This document shows, piece after piece, positions 9,681 through 23,115 of a stretch of 64,000 nt of DNA. Origin of the DNA: Schmidtea nova (taxonomy: Eukaryota). The stretch lies in assembly GCA_044892505.1 (NCBI GenBank), contig CM097882.1, positions 542,686,001 to 542,750,000 on the forward strand, given 5' to 3'. A program made the translations under genes and the position numbers. Under the pieces are notes generated by a model. The model searched no databases. It had not been told where the DNA came from and saw only the letters and a program-made list of their open reading frames with translations. Numbering within the stretch: position 1 is the stretch's first letter; the number at the start of each line of letters is the position of its first letter.

Positions 9681-12600
9681 GGAAAGTGCAAATTCGATCG
9701 ACTTTATTGTATGAGTTCAAACTAACCCATAATGCAACGGATGCTGCTAGCAATATCATCCAAACATTTGATCAGGAGTCGAATAACAAACTTACAGCTT
9801 GGCATTGGTTTTAAAATTTTCGTTGTGGAGATGAAATCCTTGAAGAGGCTGAGTGTTGCGGACGTCCTTTTGCAATTACTCACGCAATAAAACTCGAGAA
9901 CTTGCAGAAGAACTGAACGTTTGACATTTGCACAAAATTGAAAAATCAAAGAAGCTCGATAAATGGACGCCGCAAAAATTAAACAAAAATCAAAGGTTTC
10001 GACATTACGAAGTCTGCGCTGGTCTTCTTTTGCGCAACAAAAATGAGTCATTTTTCGATGGAATTGTGACATGTGATGAAAATTAGATCCTATGTGACAA
10101 CTGTAGTTGTTCCGCTCAGTGACATTTCCCAAAACCAAATCTCCATCAAAGAAAGGTCATAATCAGTGTTTGGTGGCCAGCAAGTAGAATTATCTACTAC
10201 AACTTGTTGAATATTGGTGAAAATATAACAACAAAGAAGTATTGTCAGGAAATCGACAAAATGCAACAAAAACTTAAGCGTTTATGTCCATCATTAGTCA
10301 ATCGAAAAGGATGATAACGCTCGCCAGAATATGGCAAACATTACTCTGCAGACATTGAACGAACTAAGCTAAGAAGCTGTAACTAACCTAGCTTACTCGT
10401 CAGACCTCTCACCAACCGACTTCCACTTTTTCAAGCATCTCGGCATATTCCTGCAAGAGAACGCTTTAAAAAATCAAGCAGAAGCTAAAACAACCTTCAA
10501 AGACTTCATTGATTCCAGAATCCAAGAATTCTATGCTAAAGGAATAAATAAACTTGTTTCTTGTTGGCAAGGATGCGTAAATTCGAATAGTATTTATTTC
10601 TATTAATAAACTTTATTCTAGCTTGAGATATAAAGTTTCAAAGTTTATGGTTAAAGACTGCAATTATTTTTGGTCCAACTAAATAGTTTACAATAGTACT
10701 TAAAATTCAATAAAAAAATATTGGTAATAGGTCACACCAAAATAGAACTTAACGAAATATTAATATCTATAGGAAACCGGCCTTGCCTATTTACACAATT
10801 GGACAATAAATGAAAAATGAATGGAATTAACAAATGTAAAAATTACCAGGTGAGGAAGGAACAGAAAACCGCAAAGTCAGATTTATGGACTCATTCAAAA
10901 TATTTAGGAAAAAGCATCAAGGAAAACAAAAAATAAATATTTTAGAAGGGTTAACAAGGTAAAATCGGCCAGGGATATTTAAGAATGTTTTGTAAGGCTA
11001 TTTATATTAAATTAATTTAATTTCAATTAATTATAACAAAATCATTTTCAAATATTAATCCGATTTTATAAATAAAATGGATAGAATTAAATATTTTATT
11101 GATAATTTAATAATATTATAAAAAACATTCAATAGATTTAGCTACTGAAATAAAACACAATAAAACTAGAAAATGATTAAACATTTTATTCAAATTCCAA
11201 TGTCGTTGTTGCTTCGAATTATTGATTTTTGGATTGTTGTTGTCTGGAAACTGATGATCTATAATTGTGCTTCGGAAATTGATGATTTATTATTGTGCTT
11301 TGGAAATTGATGATTCTTAGTTTTTGAAATAGAGGTAAAAAAATCTGTTGCTATTAATTATAGATTTTTTGATTGATGTTTTCTTGCTTGCTTGGTTTTT
11401 TTTTAATCAGAGAGAAGGTGACGTTTTTTGGTGGTTTAAACAATCGCCTTTTTTATTTGTATATANNNNNNNNNNNNNNNNNNNNNNNNNNNNNNNNNNN
11501 NNNNNNNNNNNNNNNNNNNNNNNNNNNNNNNNNNNNNNNNNNNNNNNNNNNNNNNNNNNNNNNNNNNNNNNNNNNNNNNNNNNNNNNNNNNNNNNNNNNN
11601 NNNNNNNNNNNNNNNNNNATATTTAATTAAATTTCTATATATAAAAATATGATACTAATAAATAAATAACGGAGGCACTACAATAGATAAGAGTAAAAAA
11701 TAAAATTATTTTATCAAATGAAAAATTTTATCCAAAATCATACCGTACAAATTGAATATTTTAATAATTTATTTTTAAATAAAAATAAGTTTTTTTAAAT
11801 AACTCAATTCATACGAATGTTTATCTAAATTAATGAAAAGATTTTAATTGAAAGATGCGGTAAATGAACTTACAATGGAAACTAGTCTCAATTTCTACTT
11901 AATTGTTCCCTTGCAAGCCGCAACAGGAATAATTGACAAAACTTACCATAGGATATAATCTGATACCGGATGCCAATTTAAATATTATAAAGGTTTCATG
12001 AACCACCATTTAGAACTTTATTACTTTAATAACCGGAAACTCTAGATGAGTTCAACCTCGAAAGATTCAGCGTTTCTAATGCATAGATATAAAATCAAGA
12101 AAATTCTAAAATAATCATCTTCGTAATTATAATTCCGTTCATGTATTATTTATTGAAAAAAATAACAAAAAATGATTTTTAAAATAACATTCTTATAATC
12201 TATAAATTTTTACTAAATTATTAATTAATAATGCTTTATTTTTTTCATAATTTATTAATTATAATTTATTTAATTTATAATAAATATGCAATAATAATTA
12301 CATGCATATTTATTATTATGGAAATTATTTATATTAATATATATATGATTAGAAATTATAAGAAAATTTCAAAAAACAAATGTCTTATAATTTAGGCGGT
12401 AATAAAAATATATCGCTTAGTTCGGCAAATGAAAGTAAAAAGATATCATTTAATAATGTGTTAATGATGAGAATTCCTGTCAATTTCATTAGACATAAAA
12501 CGCATAAATATTATGAGAAAAGTGTTAAGTGCACAAAAAATGATGAATGATTAATTAAGCAATTAACTATTTTATTAATAAATTATTTGGAATTTAATTT

Positions 12601-13419
12601 AATTTAATAATATATATTTTTTAAAGATTGAATTAATAATAATTATTATAATTAATAGTTATTTATAATAAATTATTATTACTTTTTATTCCTAATTTTT
12701 AAAAAATTGTAATTATTTTACTTAATCCTCTAAGGGAGGGTAGTTTTTTTATTTTTTTCTATAAAATCTTCGGCTATTTTGTTTGCTATATTTATACTAC
12801 CTATAAAGAGTATGTTAATGAAATATAAAATATCAAAACTTTAAAAAAAGACGAAAACTCCAAAGAAATAAAGTATATTTTAAAGAAATTATTATCATCT
12901 TCACTCGACCTTCATAATCTGAAGCACATGTTATATACGGTAACAATAAAGATGTACCAGCTGTGATTTAATGAACCAATTAAATAATTTCAATATATTC
13001 GCTGCTGATTGTTAATTTTAGGAGATTGTTATTAAATCTGCAATCTGTCACACAAATATTTTCCCACTTATTTTTAAAGTTCTTATATAAATTTTTAAAA
13101 ACTGTCGTTATTTTACACATTATCATGCGTTCAATAATATTACTCAACCTTGTAATCGGTAACGTTCCTGAATCCTCGTTCAGAGGTGAATGGAAATCTT
13201 TCCAATATATGTGGCACTTCACCAATTACATGGAAATCTGTACACTAGATCGGAAAATTAAACTTATTGGGATTTTAGATTTTTTCTTAAACATATTTAA
13301 TGATCTTAAAGATTTCAAAATTATTTTTAATATATTAGATTTGCCTAAAACTTTCATTACAGAAAACTTAAAATTTGTAAAACCTTCCAAATAAAGACTA
13401 ATTAAAACATGAGATATTA

Positions 13420-13990
13420 GGTTCACATTCCGAAGTAAAGACTGTTTTTAGAACTTTTTGATCATTTTTAAAAATTTTAATTGATTTCAAGCTTCATAAG
13501 TACAAAATAAAAATTTTGAAATATTTTTCAAAATCTTTAATGTGATATTTGATGCAATTTTGAATGGCAGACTAGTCTAAATTTTATTTAGCTCTTATTA
13601 GTTTCATGATAAATTTCGAATCCCTTTTTCGTTAAGGCTACACTGTTTAAAATTTTGCGTTTTAAGTGCTTAGGCTTTAAGTAGCTGGTGTGTAAAATTT
13701 GTAGATCTTTACAAGTTAGTATATAGTAAAGATTTAATGACGTATTCTTACACTTCTCAAAACGAACATATATTCTTACGAAAGGTGAGCTGGAGCATAA
13801 TCTTGATGCTAGATACACAAGTTGTCTTGCCATAATTCTGGTAATTCCAATCGTATTGCTCCACGTAAACGCCTCATAAAGTCCAATTAATACTGGACAT
13901 TAACCGCTAGACAAGTGAAAACAATAATCTATTACCATAAAAATTTTGACATCTTTAAATTTCTAGTGCTAATCAAACATCTCTATACTA
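13420..13990 (-). mobile_element. mariner-like transposase remnant
   Basis: Fragments LDFMRRLRGAIRLELPELWQDN and QDYAPAH resemble the mariner catalytic region. Confidence 0.55.
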
Positions 13991-14446
13991 TCTCTATACC
14001 AGTTAAGGTGTTTAGATGCGTTTATTTGATTAACAAGACAAACTGGTGTACAAACTCTTAGCTCCATTTTTGAATTCATAAAAATCTAAGGTAAAAATTA
14101 AATTCTAAATTATATCATTATGACGTAACGGACTAACTAAATGTAAATATTTTTATATAAATCTCAGAAATACCTATAAATGGTAAATGTTTGTTGGTTG
14201 TACCATGAGAACTTATTTTAAAAGACGTATTCCATAATAACTTTGATCACCCTGGTATTGCCATCGGACAATGTTACAAATTTTTCATGTGTTTACACTA
14301 AATTTGGTGTAGGAGGAAGGAAATGAGCTGCTGAACAAATAAATAATACTTGTAAATTCTTACTCGATTCTCTTCCTCTGAATAATTGAAATTCTCTAAA
14401 TTCTCTTGCTTCATTAAACAAACTGATAACAAATGTATTATTGCAG

Positions 14447-14570
14447 TTCATCTACTCCGAATGCTCTAACAAGACTCAATGTAAAGTATGCGAAACAATG
14501 GAGACAAAAGCCGAACAGAAAGGTTGCTACCAAATCACAAATATAGTTGTCAGTTATCTATGCATTTCAA
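14447..14570 (+). CDS. Host gene exon B: C-terminal half of SUEL-like domain 1
   Basis: Acceptor ttattgcag| (phase 0, matches exon A); FIYSECSNKTQCKVCE...GCYQITNIVVSYLCIS; donor a|gtaagt, phase 1. Confidence 0.65.
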
Positions 14571-15160
14571 GTAAGTCATTTATTATTATNNNNNNNNNNN
14601 NNNNNNNNNNNNNNNNNNNNNNNNNNNNNNNNNNNNNNNNNNNNNNNNNNNNNNNNNNNNNNNNNNNNNNNNNNNNNNNNNNNNNNNNNNNNNNNNNNNN
14701 NNNNNNNNNNNNNNNNNNNNNNNNNNNNNNNNNNNNNNNNNNNNNNNNNNNNNNNNNNNNNNNNNNNNNNNNNNNNNNNNNNNNNNNNNNNNNNNNNNNN
14801 NNNNNNNNNNNNNNNNNNNNNNNNNNNNNNNNNNNNNNNNNNNNNNNNNNATAAAGGCTGTGCCGAAATATTGTGTTATTGTTTATAAAAAAAAAATTTT
14901 GATCTATAGTCNNNNNNNNNNNNNNNNNNNNNNNNNNNNNNNNNNNNNNNNNNNNNNNNNNNNNNNNNNNNNNNNNNNNNNNNNNNNNNNNNNNNNNNNN
15001 NNNNNNNNNNNNNNNNNNNNNNNNNNNNNNNNNNNNNNNNNNNNNNNNNNNNNNNNNNNNNNNNNNNNNNNNNNNNNNNNNNNNNNNNNNNNNNNNNNNN
15101 NNNNNNNNNNNNNNNNNNNNNNNNNNNNNNNNNNNNNNNNNNNNNNNNNNNNNNNNNNNN

Positions 15161-15696
15161 ATATATGTAAATTTGATAAGGGTAATGGTTTGGTTGTTCT
15201 TATTCATGATAATTATATAAAAAGTTAGAAATGGTATTGTTATCTCCACAATTTGAAAAGATTGTAAGTTTTCGTAAGAATGGCAAATTACCACCTTTAA
15301 AAGATGAAACAATATTAATATCTCTACTTCATGATTTAATTTTAAATAACCATATAGATAAGGATATTGTTTATTCAGTTTGGCCTCGGGGATCCCAACC
15401 TACTAAATTATACAGTCTTCCAAAAGTGCAGAAAGATAAAAGTACCTATGAGACCTGTATTGTCAATGATTCAAACTTCACAATATAAGGTTGCGAAGTT
15501 TTTAGAAAGTTTGTTGAAACCCTTGATTAAGACTGAATATGAATGTAAAGATAGCTTTGAGTTTGCCTCTTTTATAGTAAATTTAAATAAGAGTGGGAAT
15601 GATGACTTTATGGTTTCGTTTGATATGATTAGCCTTTTTACAAATGTTCCTTTAATAGAAACGATTGATATTTGTTGCAATTTATGGAGTGTTAAC
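15161..15696 (+). pseudogene. PLE copy 2, N-terminal RT segment, interrupted by the Polinton
   Basis: KLYSLPKVQK / VPMRPVLSMI...YKVAKFL...SFDMISLFTNVPLIETIDICCNLWSVN. Confidence 0.88.
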
Positions 15697-17040
15697 AGTA
15701 GGAGGAAGTGTGGACGGAGGAACAAAGACATATAACATCATCGCGTGTGTGCAGCCAATCAAAATCAAGTGACCCCCGGGGGGATTCTTTTTTTTTGTCG
15801 ACCCCCCAAAAAATTTTTTACACACACAAACGATTAGTCATAAATTTTTTAAGGACATTTTGAGGACACTTTAAGGTCAAGGTCTTCATGAGGCCAAGGT
15901 CATGCCAAGGTCAATTTTTAAGGTAAAACTTTCAAAAATTCAAAGATTTTTCCAAAAATTTAAAAATTTTTTAAAAAACATAAAATTTTACAAAAACATT
16001 TTTTCAAAAACACCAAGTGAGAATTTATCAACATTTATTAATAAATACACATATATATGACAACAATGTTATTCCAACTATGCAATTCTTGCGCTTTTTA
16101 TCTTCCAAATTGGAGACATTGCTTCTTTTGGATCGATTTTATATCCTTGGATGGATATATCAATAAACCCATTTTTATTATCCGTATATTCAACTGATTG
16201 AAATGCATCATGAAATTCGGTGTTCCTGTTGTTGATGAATATTGTTTCATTGCAAGATAATTTCTTGTTGATTTTCGTCAACACTTTATTGATTGAAACA
16301 ACATCTTCTTTATAAATCTGATCAATTAAGTTGGAATATTGCGAAGTCGACAGCTTTACCGGATTTGGGACCTTGAAAGAGATTTCGTTTACCAAGAAAA
16401 ACATTTGGTAATCGTGAAACATCTGAACCGGTCGTAAATCAAATTTGTTTTGAGTTGATTTGTTATCGTTCCTAACTGGTTTCATTTTAATTGGACTCGA
16501 TTTGCTGAAAAGATTTTTTTGCATTTTATGAACAATACTATTTTTGTTTTCTTATTTATACTCGTCATCATCTGTGTGCAGCCAATCAGATTCTTGCACA
16601 CGTCTTGTTAATCAATTGCACATGTCTTGCTAATCGATTGGATATGTATTAATAATTGACTTTGTATGCATGTTGATGATTATGTACTGCAATTTCTTTC
16701 TATATACATATATTGTAAGTTATTTACATATCTATCGCAATTTTATTGTCTATCGCAATTTNNNNNNNNNNNNNNNNNNNNNNNNNNNNNNNNNNNNNNN
16801 NNNNNNNNNNNNNNNNNNNNNNNNNNNNNNNNNNNNNNNNNNNNNNNNNNNNNNNNNNNNNNNNNNNNNNNNNNNNNNNNNNNNNNNNNNNNNTAAAATT
16901 ATTTTCCATTATTATTTTCAATAAATATTCAGCATCAACATTTTATAAAAATTAATTTTAACTACAAAACATCTTTCATAACTCGGTACGTTTTAAGAAA
17001 ATAAATACTTTATAAAAAACACTATAAAAAGATATTTTTA
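15697..17040 (+). repeat. Left TIR, ~1.35 kb, imperfect
   Basis: Reverse-complement match to ~29772-31108, with scattered substitutions and indels. Confidence 0.88.
16078..16524 (-). CDS. TIR-encoded protein of unknown function, left copy (148 aa)
   Basis: Open ATG-initiated frame; near-identical to 30292..30786. Confidence 0.65.
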   Translation of the reverse strand: MQKNLFSKSSPIKMKPVRNDNKSTQNKFDLRPVQMFHDYQMFFLVNEISFKVPNPVKLSTSQYSNLIDQIYKEDVVSINKVLTKINKKLSCNETIFINNRNTEFHDAFQSVEYTDNKNGFIDISIQGYKIDPKEAMSPIWKIKSARIA

Positions 17041-18639
17041 CTTTAAAATGACAAACAACTCATAACATCACATAAAAATCAACAAAATTAAAAACAAATC
17101 TTTTGGTTTTCGTTAAAAAATTTATTAAAATAACAAAGTGCCGGTTATATTTTCTGGTTGCACATGCAAGTCCCTCAGCATTTCCCAAACTATCATCTAT
17201 TTGGCATCTGGCCATTCGGTATCTGGCCATTCGGCATCTGGCAGTTCGGCATCTGGCAATTCAGCATTTTATTTTTACTTTTATTTTTACCAACAAAATT
17301 TTGTTTATCATCAGCGTTTGTTAATGCTTTTTTATTACTTTTTACATTAAACAACTGATGATTTTCGCTGGTTATGTGAAATTAAGGCACAGTGTAGATT
17401 TTATTATATAAATAACAATCAAGATATGATTGGTGTGATAATTTAGTATCTTTGATTGATATATCTTTAGCCTTCATACTAGCTTCGCTACCCAATAAAC
17501 TGTAGCATTTAGGTCTCAAAAATATCCATTCATCATATCCAAGGCCTTTACTCTCATCCTTAAATTTACCAATCACCGAGTCAAGGTTTCTTGAATATAA
17601 TGAATGAGTCGGATCATAATTTGATGTATCTAATAGATTATCTCTTATCATTGCTGGTAAGAGACAATCTAATTTACAATTTTTTATTTCTACGAAAAAT
17701 GAGTCGGTGTCCCTACCAATAATATTGATTTGGCAATTAAATTCATTCCTGTATTTCTCCAAATCAATATACTGCAGCTGATACATGCGCAGTTTGGATA
17801 GATCTAGCACAGTTTGACCTATGTAACTAGGTCTATCCAAACACACCGACTCTTTTCTCAATAAAACTGGAATTAAATTATTATCTATTTTTGTACTCTT
17901 CCGAAAAGCCGGTTTAGAGCAATATGTTAATAGTTTTTGTGCAGAATTGCACAATCTTAAATTAATTCGTTTTTTAAGGTTTTCTACGGTTTTACCGTAT
18001 AAACTGTTATTTAGTAGTTTATAATAGTTTTTATCAAGTTTATTTGTGGCTGAAGCTCTTAATTGTGTATTTGTGTCAATATATTTTTTGAATATATTAT
18101 TTTGATTGAATTTAATGGCACGATGTACCTTAGATATATTGACTCCTATATTAATAAATAGTTGGAGAAGCCTCCAATGCAGAACGTAGTTTTTCTTGGA
18201 GTGGTGCGTGAGCAACAGCTTCTCCACCTTTGAATGTGGCGCGCACATCTTTTCAGCTGCAACTGGAAAATCATCCAATTTGTGGTGAATCGACGACGGT
18301 ATATCTAAATCTACTTCTAGGGTATAACCATATGTAAGTAAATCTAAATCTAATGTTTCACACTCTAATAATATATTATTTAATAAAATATCATCCGTTA
18401 CAGTAGGTAGATGTGTGGAGCCGGGAACAAAGACATTATGACTCATTGCGTGGGTGGCGTGGGCAGAAAAAAGACCCCTCCCTCTCGGGGGGGGGGGGTA
18501 GAAATTTTTTTTTGATTACTCAAAAATTTTTTTCAAATTTTTTTTTCGCGCCAAAAATTTTTCTTCAAATTTTTTTTCGCGCCAAAAATTTTTTTTTACA
18601 AAATTTTATTCGCGTCAAGAATTTTTTTTTCAAATTTTT

Positions 18640-18805
18640 TTTAACACAAATTTTTTTAACACAAATTTTTTTAACACAAATTTTTTTAACAAATTTTTTT
18701 AACACAAATTTTTTTAACACAAATTTTTTTAACACAAATTTTTTTAACACAAATTTTTTTAACACAAATTTTTTTACCACAAATTTTTTTAACACAAATT
18801 TTTTA
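18640..18805. repeat. Tandem repeat, 15-bp unit acaaatttttttaac x ~11
   Basis: Read directly from the sequence. Confidence 0.9.
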
Positions 18806-18974
18806 ATTTTTATGACTCATCGATGACTCACCATTATGACTCATCGATGACTCATCCTTATGACTCGCCATTATGACTCACACCATGACTCATCGATAAC
18901 TCATTTCAATTTTCAAATAAGTCACGTCATCGATAACTCATAACAAACTCATTGCAATCCATGTGCAACATTAA

Positions 18975-19330
18975 CAAAGACATTTAATTGCCAAATTTCT
19001 TACCAAAGACAATTCATTGCCAAATTTCTTAATAAAGACATTTCATTGCCAAATTTCATAACAAAGACATTTCATTGCCAAATTTCTTAACAAAGATATT
19101 TTAAATTACTTAACAAAGAATATTCATTGTCAAATTCTTTAACAAAGATATTTCCTTACCAAATTTCTTAACAAAGACATTTCCTTGCCAAATTCCTTAA
19201 CAAAGACATTTCCTTGCCAAATTCCTTAACAAAGACATTTCAATGCCAAATTCCTTAATAATGACATTTCCTTGCCAAAACCTTTAACAAAGACATTTCC
19301 TTGCCAAAACCATTAACAATGACATTTCAA
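18975..19330. repeat. Tandem repeat, ~29-bp unit aacaaagacatttc(a/c)ttgccaaatttctt x ~12
   Basis: Read directly; one further copy near 19490-19520. Confidence 0.88.
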
Positions 19331-21501
19331 TGCCAAAATAACTAAACAGAGACACGAACAAAACATTTACTAGCAGAACCCTAATAGCAGAACATCTTTT
19401 GTGATGGTTTTTATCTGCCAAAGCTTATTACTCGAACATTAATTACAATTCAACTTCATTCAGCATCATTTGATAAAACAACTACATTTCATTGCCAAAA
19501 TCCTTAACAAAGACATTTCAATACCCATGCAGTGTAAGCAACATGCTAAAAAAGATAGTGCAATACATATGCCGTCTTTACAGCTTTATCTAAAGATTCA
19601 CTTACAAATTGACAAGAGTCAATAAACTTAACTGTAAGTGAATCTATTCGCGCAAAAAGTGAAAGAAACTTTTCACTGGTAATTGGAATAACGCTAATAT
19701 TCCACGACTCATATTTTGAAAGCCCGAATTTGAGTATATGATGTAGATCATACCCTCTCAAATTATGGAAGACAACCGGTAAGGTATGTCGGATTTGCCT
19801 CGAAGCATTACATTTCATGCAAGCAGCGCCAATGAATCGACCAGTAAAATGATCATGATCCCTAACTGGGTTATTTAAAATTTTCTTACACAAATATCAG
19901 TTAGTAGAAGCATCAAAAATTAACTTATCTGCGTCACTAAAAATTATTTTCGTTTGATAATTAGGGTAAAAGAAGGGTGTTACAATTCTCTTACTAATAT
20001 TTTCTACATCTGAAAGAAACTCATCAACGCAATTAAGACCTAAAAAGTGTTTATAAGTTTTTTCGCCGGTAAAATTATTGACGAGTAACAAGCCAGCAGA
20101 AATCGATAAGTGACGTTGAAAGTATTTAACATCTTTTGGTAATATTGCCTCAAAGTCGGCGTAAATAACAAAGGGAGGAGTGAGATTTTTCGCCCATACC
20201 TTAAATTCAAGATGTTTATTTTTAGGCAAAGTGTACAAAGTTGTACCTAACTGATCTTTAGCACATAAATCTACATGTCTATTAGAAGAATCATCGGTTC
20301 GAAAACCGTTAAGACATCTGGGACACCATTCATTACAAATACGGACGGCTGTAATTGCAGGATTTCTGCAATTTTAAAATTTATTTAAGTTAGTTATTGC
20401 AGCATAATGATATGTCTGAGAATTCTCAAGTAATAATAAATTAATTGGTTTTCCCCCTACAACTTTGGAACGATAAATTATATCTATGAAGGGGTGTTTC
20501 ATTACTTCCTCCTTATTTGTGATATCTACTAAAGCTTTTTCGTCATAAGAAAGGACGTTAATTGCTTAACCGGGATTTTGCATTTCAAATTTAGAAATGC
20601 TCGAAAGTTTCATCGGCATTTGTGAAGGATCAAATTTAAGATCTGAAAGATTATAGGATGAAGGTCTATTTCGAGTTTGTCGGATAATTGTATCATATTT
20701 TAAAATAGCCAAGACGCTATACACGAAACAAAAGTTGTCATTATTAATTACGTTAACAATAAAAAATTTATTTTTTAAAGTTTTTGGGGTATCTATAAAT
20801 TTTCGGCCGCTTAACCTAGTTATTTCCGCAAATTTTGTGACAATAAAGCTGATATACTCTATTTTATTATTGGTCCAGTTACTCCCCTTCTGATTAATTC
20901 TAATAATTTTTTCGTTTAATAAAGCAATACCTTCATTAATGAAATTATCGCTCATGGGCCTGGTAGAATTTGAAATGACAAAAGATTGTAATTCGTCATC
21001 TTTTTCAAACTCCACCTTCAGACAAAATTAAATTTTGACTGACCCCATTTGACTAATAACAGTATTTAATTTATTTAATAAGACATCGGGAACCGATACA
21101 ATTTTTAATATTAAGGATGAAACATCCATTTTAATAATCGAATGGTTACTGTTTAAATCAGTACTTATTTCTGGTTCTAGTGAACCGCATTCGATCTGAT
21201 TATTAATAATATTATTATTATTTGTTGACATAATAATTATTGATGTGATATTATTATTTTCATTTGGCGACATATTAATTAATGAAGTGATATTATTATT
21301 TTCATTTGGTGATATATTATTTATTGATGTGTTATTATTATCATTATTAACATTATTTGAATGTATTATAGAATACGAATTAATTATTACAGCAGTAATT
21401 TCATCCTCATCGTCGGAAATATTAATTACTTCATTTTTAATAAATTTACAAGGAATTGATTCCTCGTTTAAAATTTTTCGTTTATTGTTGTTGCTGGAAA
21501 A

Positions 21502-21549
<48 letters not shown>

Positions 21550-22503
21550 TCTATTGTTGTTTGAGAAATGATTGACGTTGTTGTTAGAAATATTATTATT
21601 AATATTTATATTGTTGTTAAGTATATTATTTTGAATATTAATTTTAATATTATTATAAATAGCTTTTTTAGAACCAATATTCTGAGTTAAATGATATCGG
21701 TGTTTATCATAAAACTCAGGACATGGAAGGGTTTCATTGATTTTACAAACAGGGCAAATGAGGAAGGTGACTCTACTATATTTATACGAATAGTACTTTT
21801 CCGTAATTTGATGGCAATCATTATCTAAAGTACTATTACAGTATAAAGGGTAATTTGAACCTTTAAAATAAAAAATAATGATAAAATATTTATAAAATTA
21901 TTATAAAATAATAGATAAAATTATTATAAAATAGTTATAAAATAATTGAAAAATAATTGAAAAATAAACATAAGTTTAACTTATTACGGAATAATTTAAT
22001 CTATTTTATCAGTTTAAACTATTACATAATAGGATATTCAAATGTCAATACAAAAAAAAGTTTTAGTTTGAAAAGATTACGTCACTGTGCGAAGTGCGAT
22101 TAACTTAATATGATAATTTATATTTAATGATTATGTCACCGTATCTTATATGATAACGTGTTTTAATTGACATTAAAAGTATTGAAGGGTAAGTATTAAT
22201 ATCAACTTTTAAAAGATTATATAATTATTATAACTAAATTAATATCATTAAGTTAGTANNNNNNNNNNNNNNNNNNNNNNNNNNNNNNNNNNNNNNNNNN
22301 NNNNNNNNNNNNNNNNNNNNNNNNNNNNNNNNNNNNNNNNNNNNNNNNNNNNNNNNNNNNNNNNNNNNNNNNNNNNNNNNNNNNNNNNNNNNNNNNNNNN
22401 NNNNNNNNNNNNNNNNNNNNNNNNNNNNNNNNNNNNNNNNNNNNNNNNNNNNNNNNNNNNNNNNNTGATGGCCTATTATTAATAAAAACATGAAAACGCC
22501 AAA

Positions 22504-22550
22504 CAATAGAAATATATTTCAAGGACATAGTCCTCATCATCAGTCTACCA
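22504..22550 (-). ncRNA. Type-I hammerhead-ribozyme-like motif with canonical core
   Basis: tggtaga-CTGATGA-t-gaggac tat gtcctt-GAAA-tata-TT-tctattg: stems I and II can pair; palindromic ATATAT stem III. Confidence 0.65.
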
Positions 22551-23115
22551 TTATAATCTAAATCAAATACTATATACGGAAACAGTAATGGGGTAATGGC
22601 TATGATTTAATGNNNNNNNNNNNNNNNNNNNNNNNNNNNNNNNNNNNNNNNNNNNNNNNNNNNNNNNNNNNNNNNNNNNNNNNNNNNNNNNNNNNNNNNN
22701 NNNNNNNNNNNNNNNNNNNNNNNNNNNNNNNNNNNNNNNNNNNNNNNNNNNNNNNNNNNNNNNNNNNNNNNNNNNNNNNNNNNNNNNNNNNNNNNNNNNN
22801 NNNNNNNNNNAATCCAATAAATAATATTATTTTCAATAAGATATTAAATATTTTTTATTAAAACTTTTATTAATACTTTATATTATTATTGAAAATTAAT
22901 ACCATTACGTTTCTTTTATAAAATATAATATTACTTTTATTTTATTGAATGTAATACTAATATAAAAAAATGATATAGTTATTTGAAAATATTATTGAAT
23001 ATATTCATAGTTAATTGAGAATATTATTTAATTAAGGGAAAATATTAATATTAAAATATCATAAAAACTACAGCAAAACTATTATAAAACATTTTATAAA
23101 AATTAAAATTCTTAC

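Larger units (their letters stand above)
8798..10683 (+). mobile_element. Second mariner copy of the same family, with internal tandem array and insertion
   Basis: TIRs ttatgttggaccacaaataatt / caattatttttggtccaactaaa; remnants LLYEFKLTHNA, TCDEK, SDLSPTDFHFFKHL. Confidence 0.88.
18402..19540 (+). mobile_element. One-ended fragment of a related Polinton-type terminus nested in pPolB
   Basis: Starts AGTAGGTAGATGTGTGGAGCCGGGAACAAAGACAT, similar to the end at 15697; followed by 15-bp, TGACTCA and 29-bp arrays. No second end found. Confidence 0.7.
17270..21860 (-). pseudogene. Protein-primed family B DNA polymerase (pPolB), fragmented, with central deletion and insertion
   Basis: KGSNW...IVNVINNDNFCFVYSVLA; VIYADFEAIL; VRDHDHFTGRFIGAACMKCN (endonuclease VII-like insert); FHNLRGYD; KLLNNSLYGKTVEN; DTDS; LRPKCY; KKALTNADDK. 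The DxNxLY motif region is missing. Confidence 0.92.

Noticed and set aside
15688-15696. AGTGTTAAC as part of the Polinton TIR
   Set aside because: The target site is palindromic; treating GTTAAC as the TSD restores the host RT frame and gives canonical AGTAG ends.
18413-18826. ORFs 18413..18826 and 18565..18795
   Set aside because: Translations of the 15-bp tandem repeat.
21245-21571. Leu-rich plus-strand ORF
   Set aside because: Antisense shadow of the poly-Asn pPolB leader.
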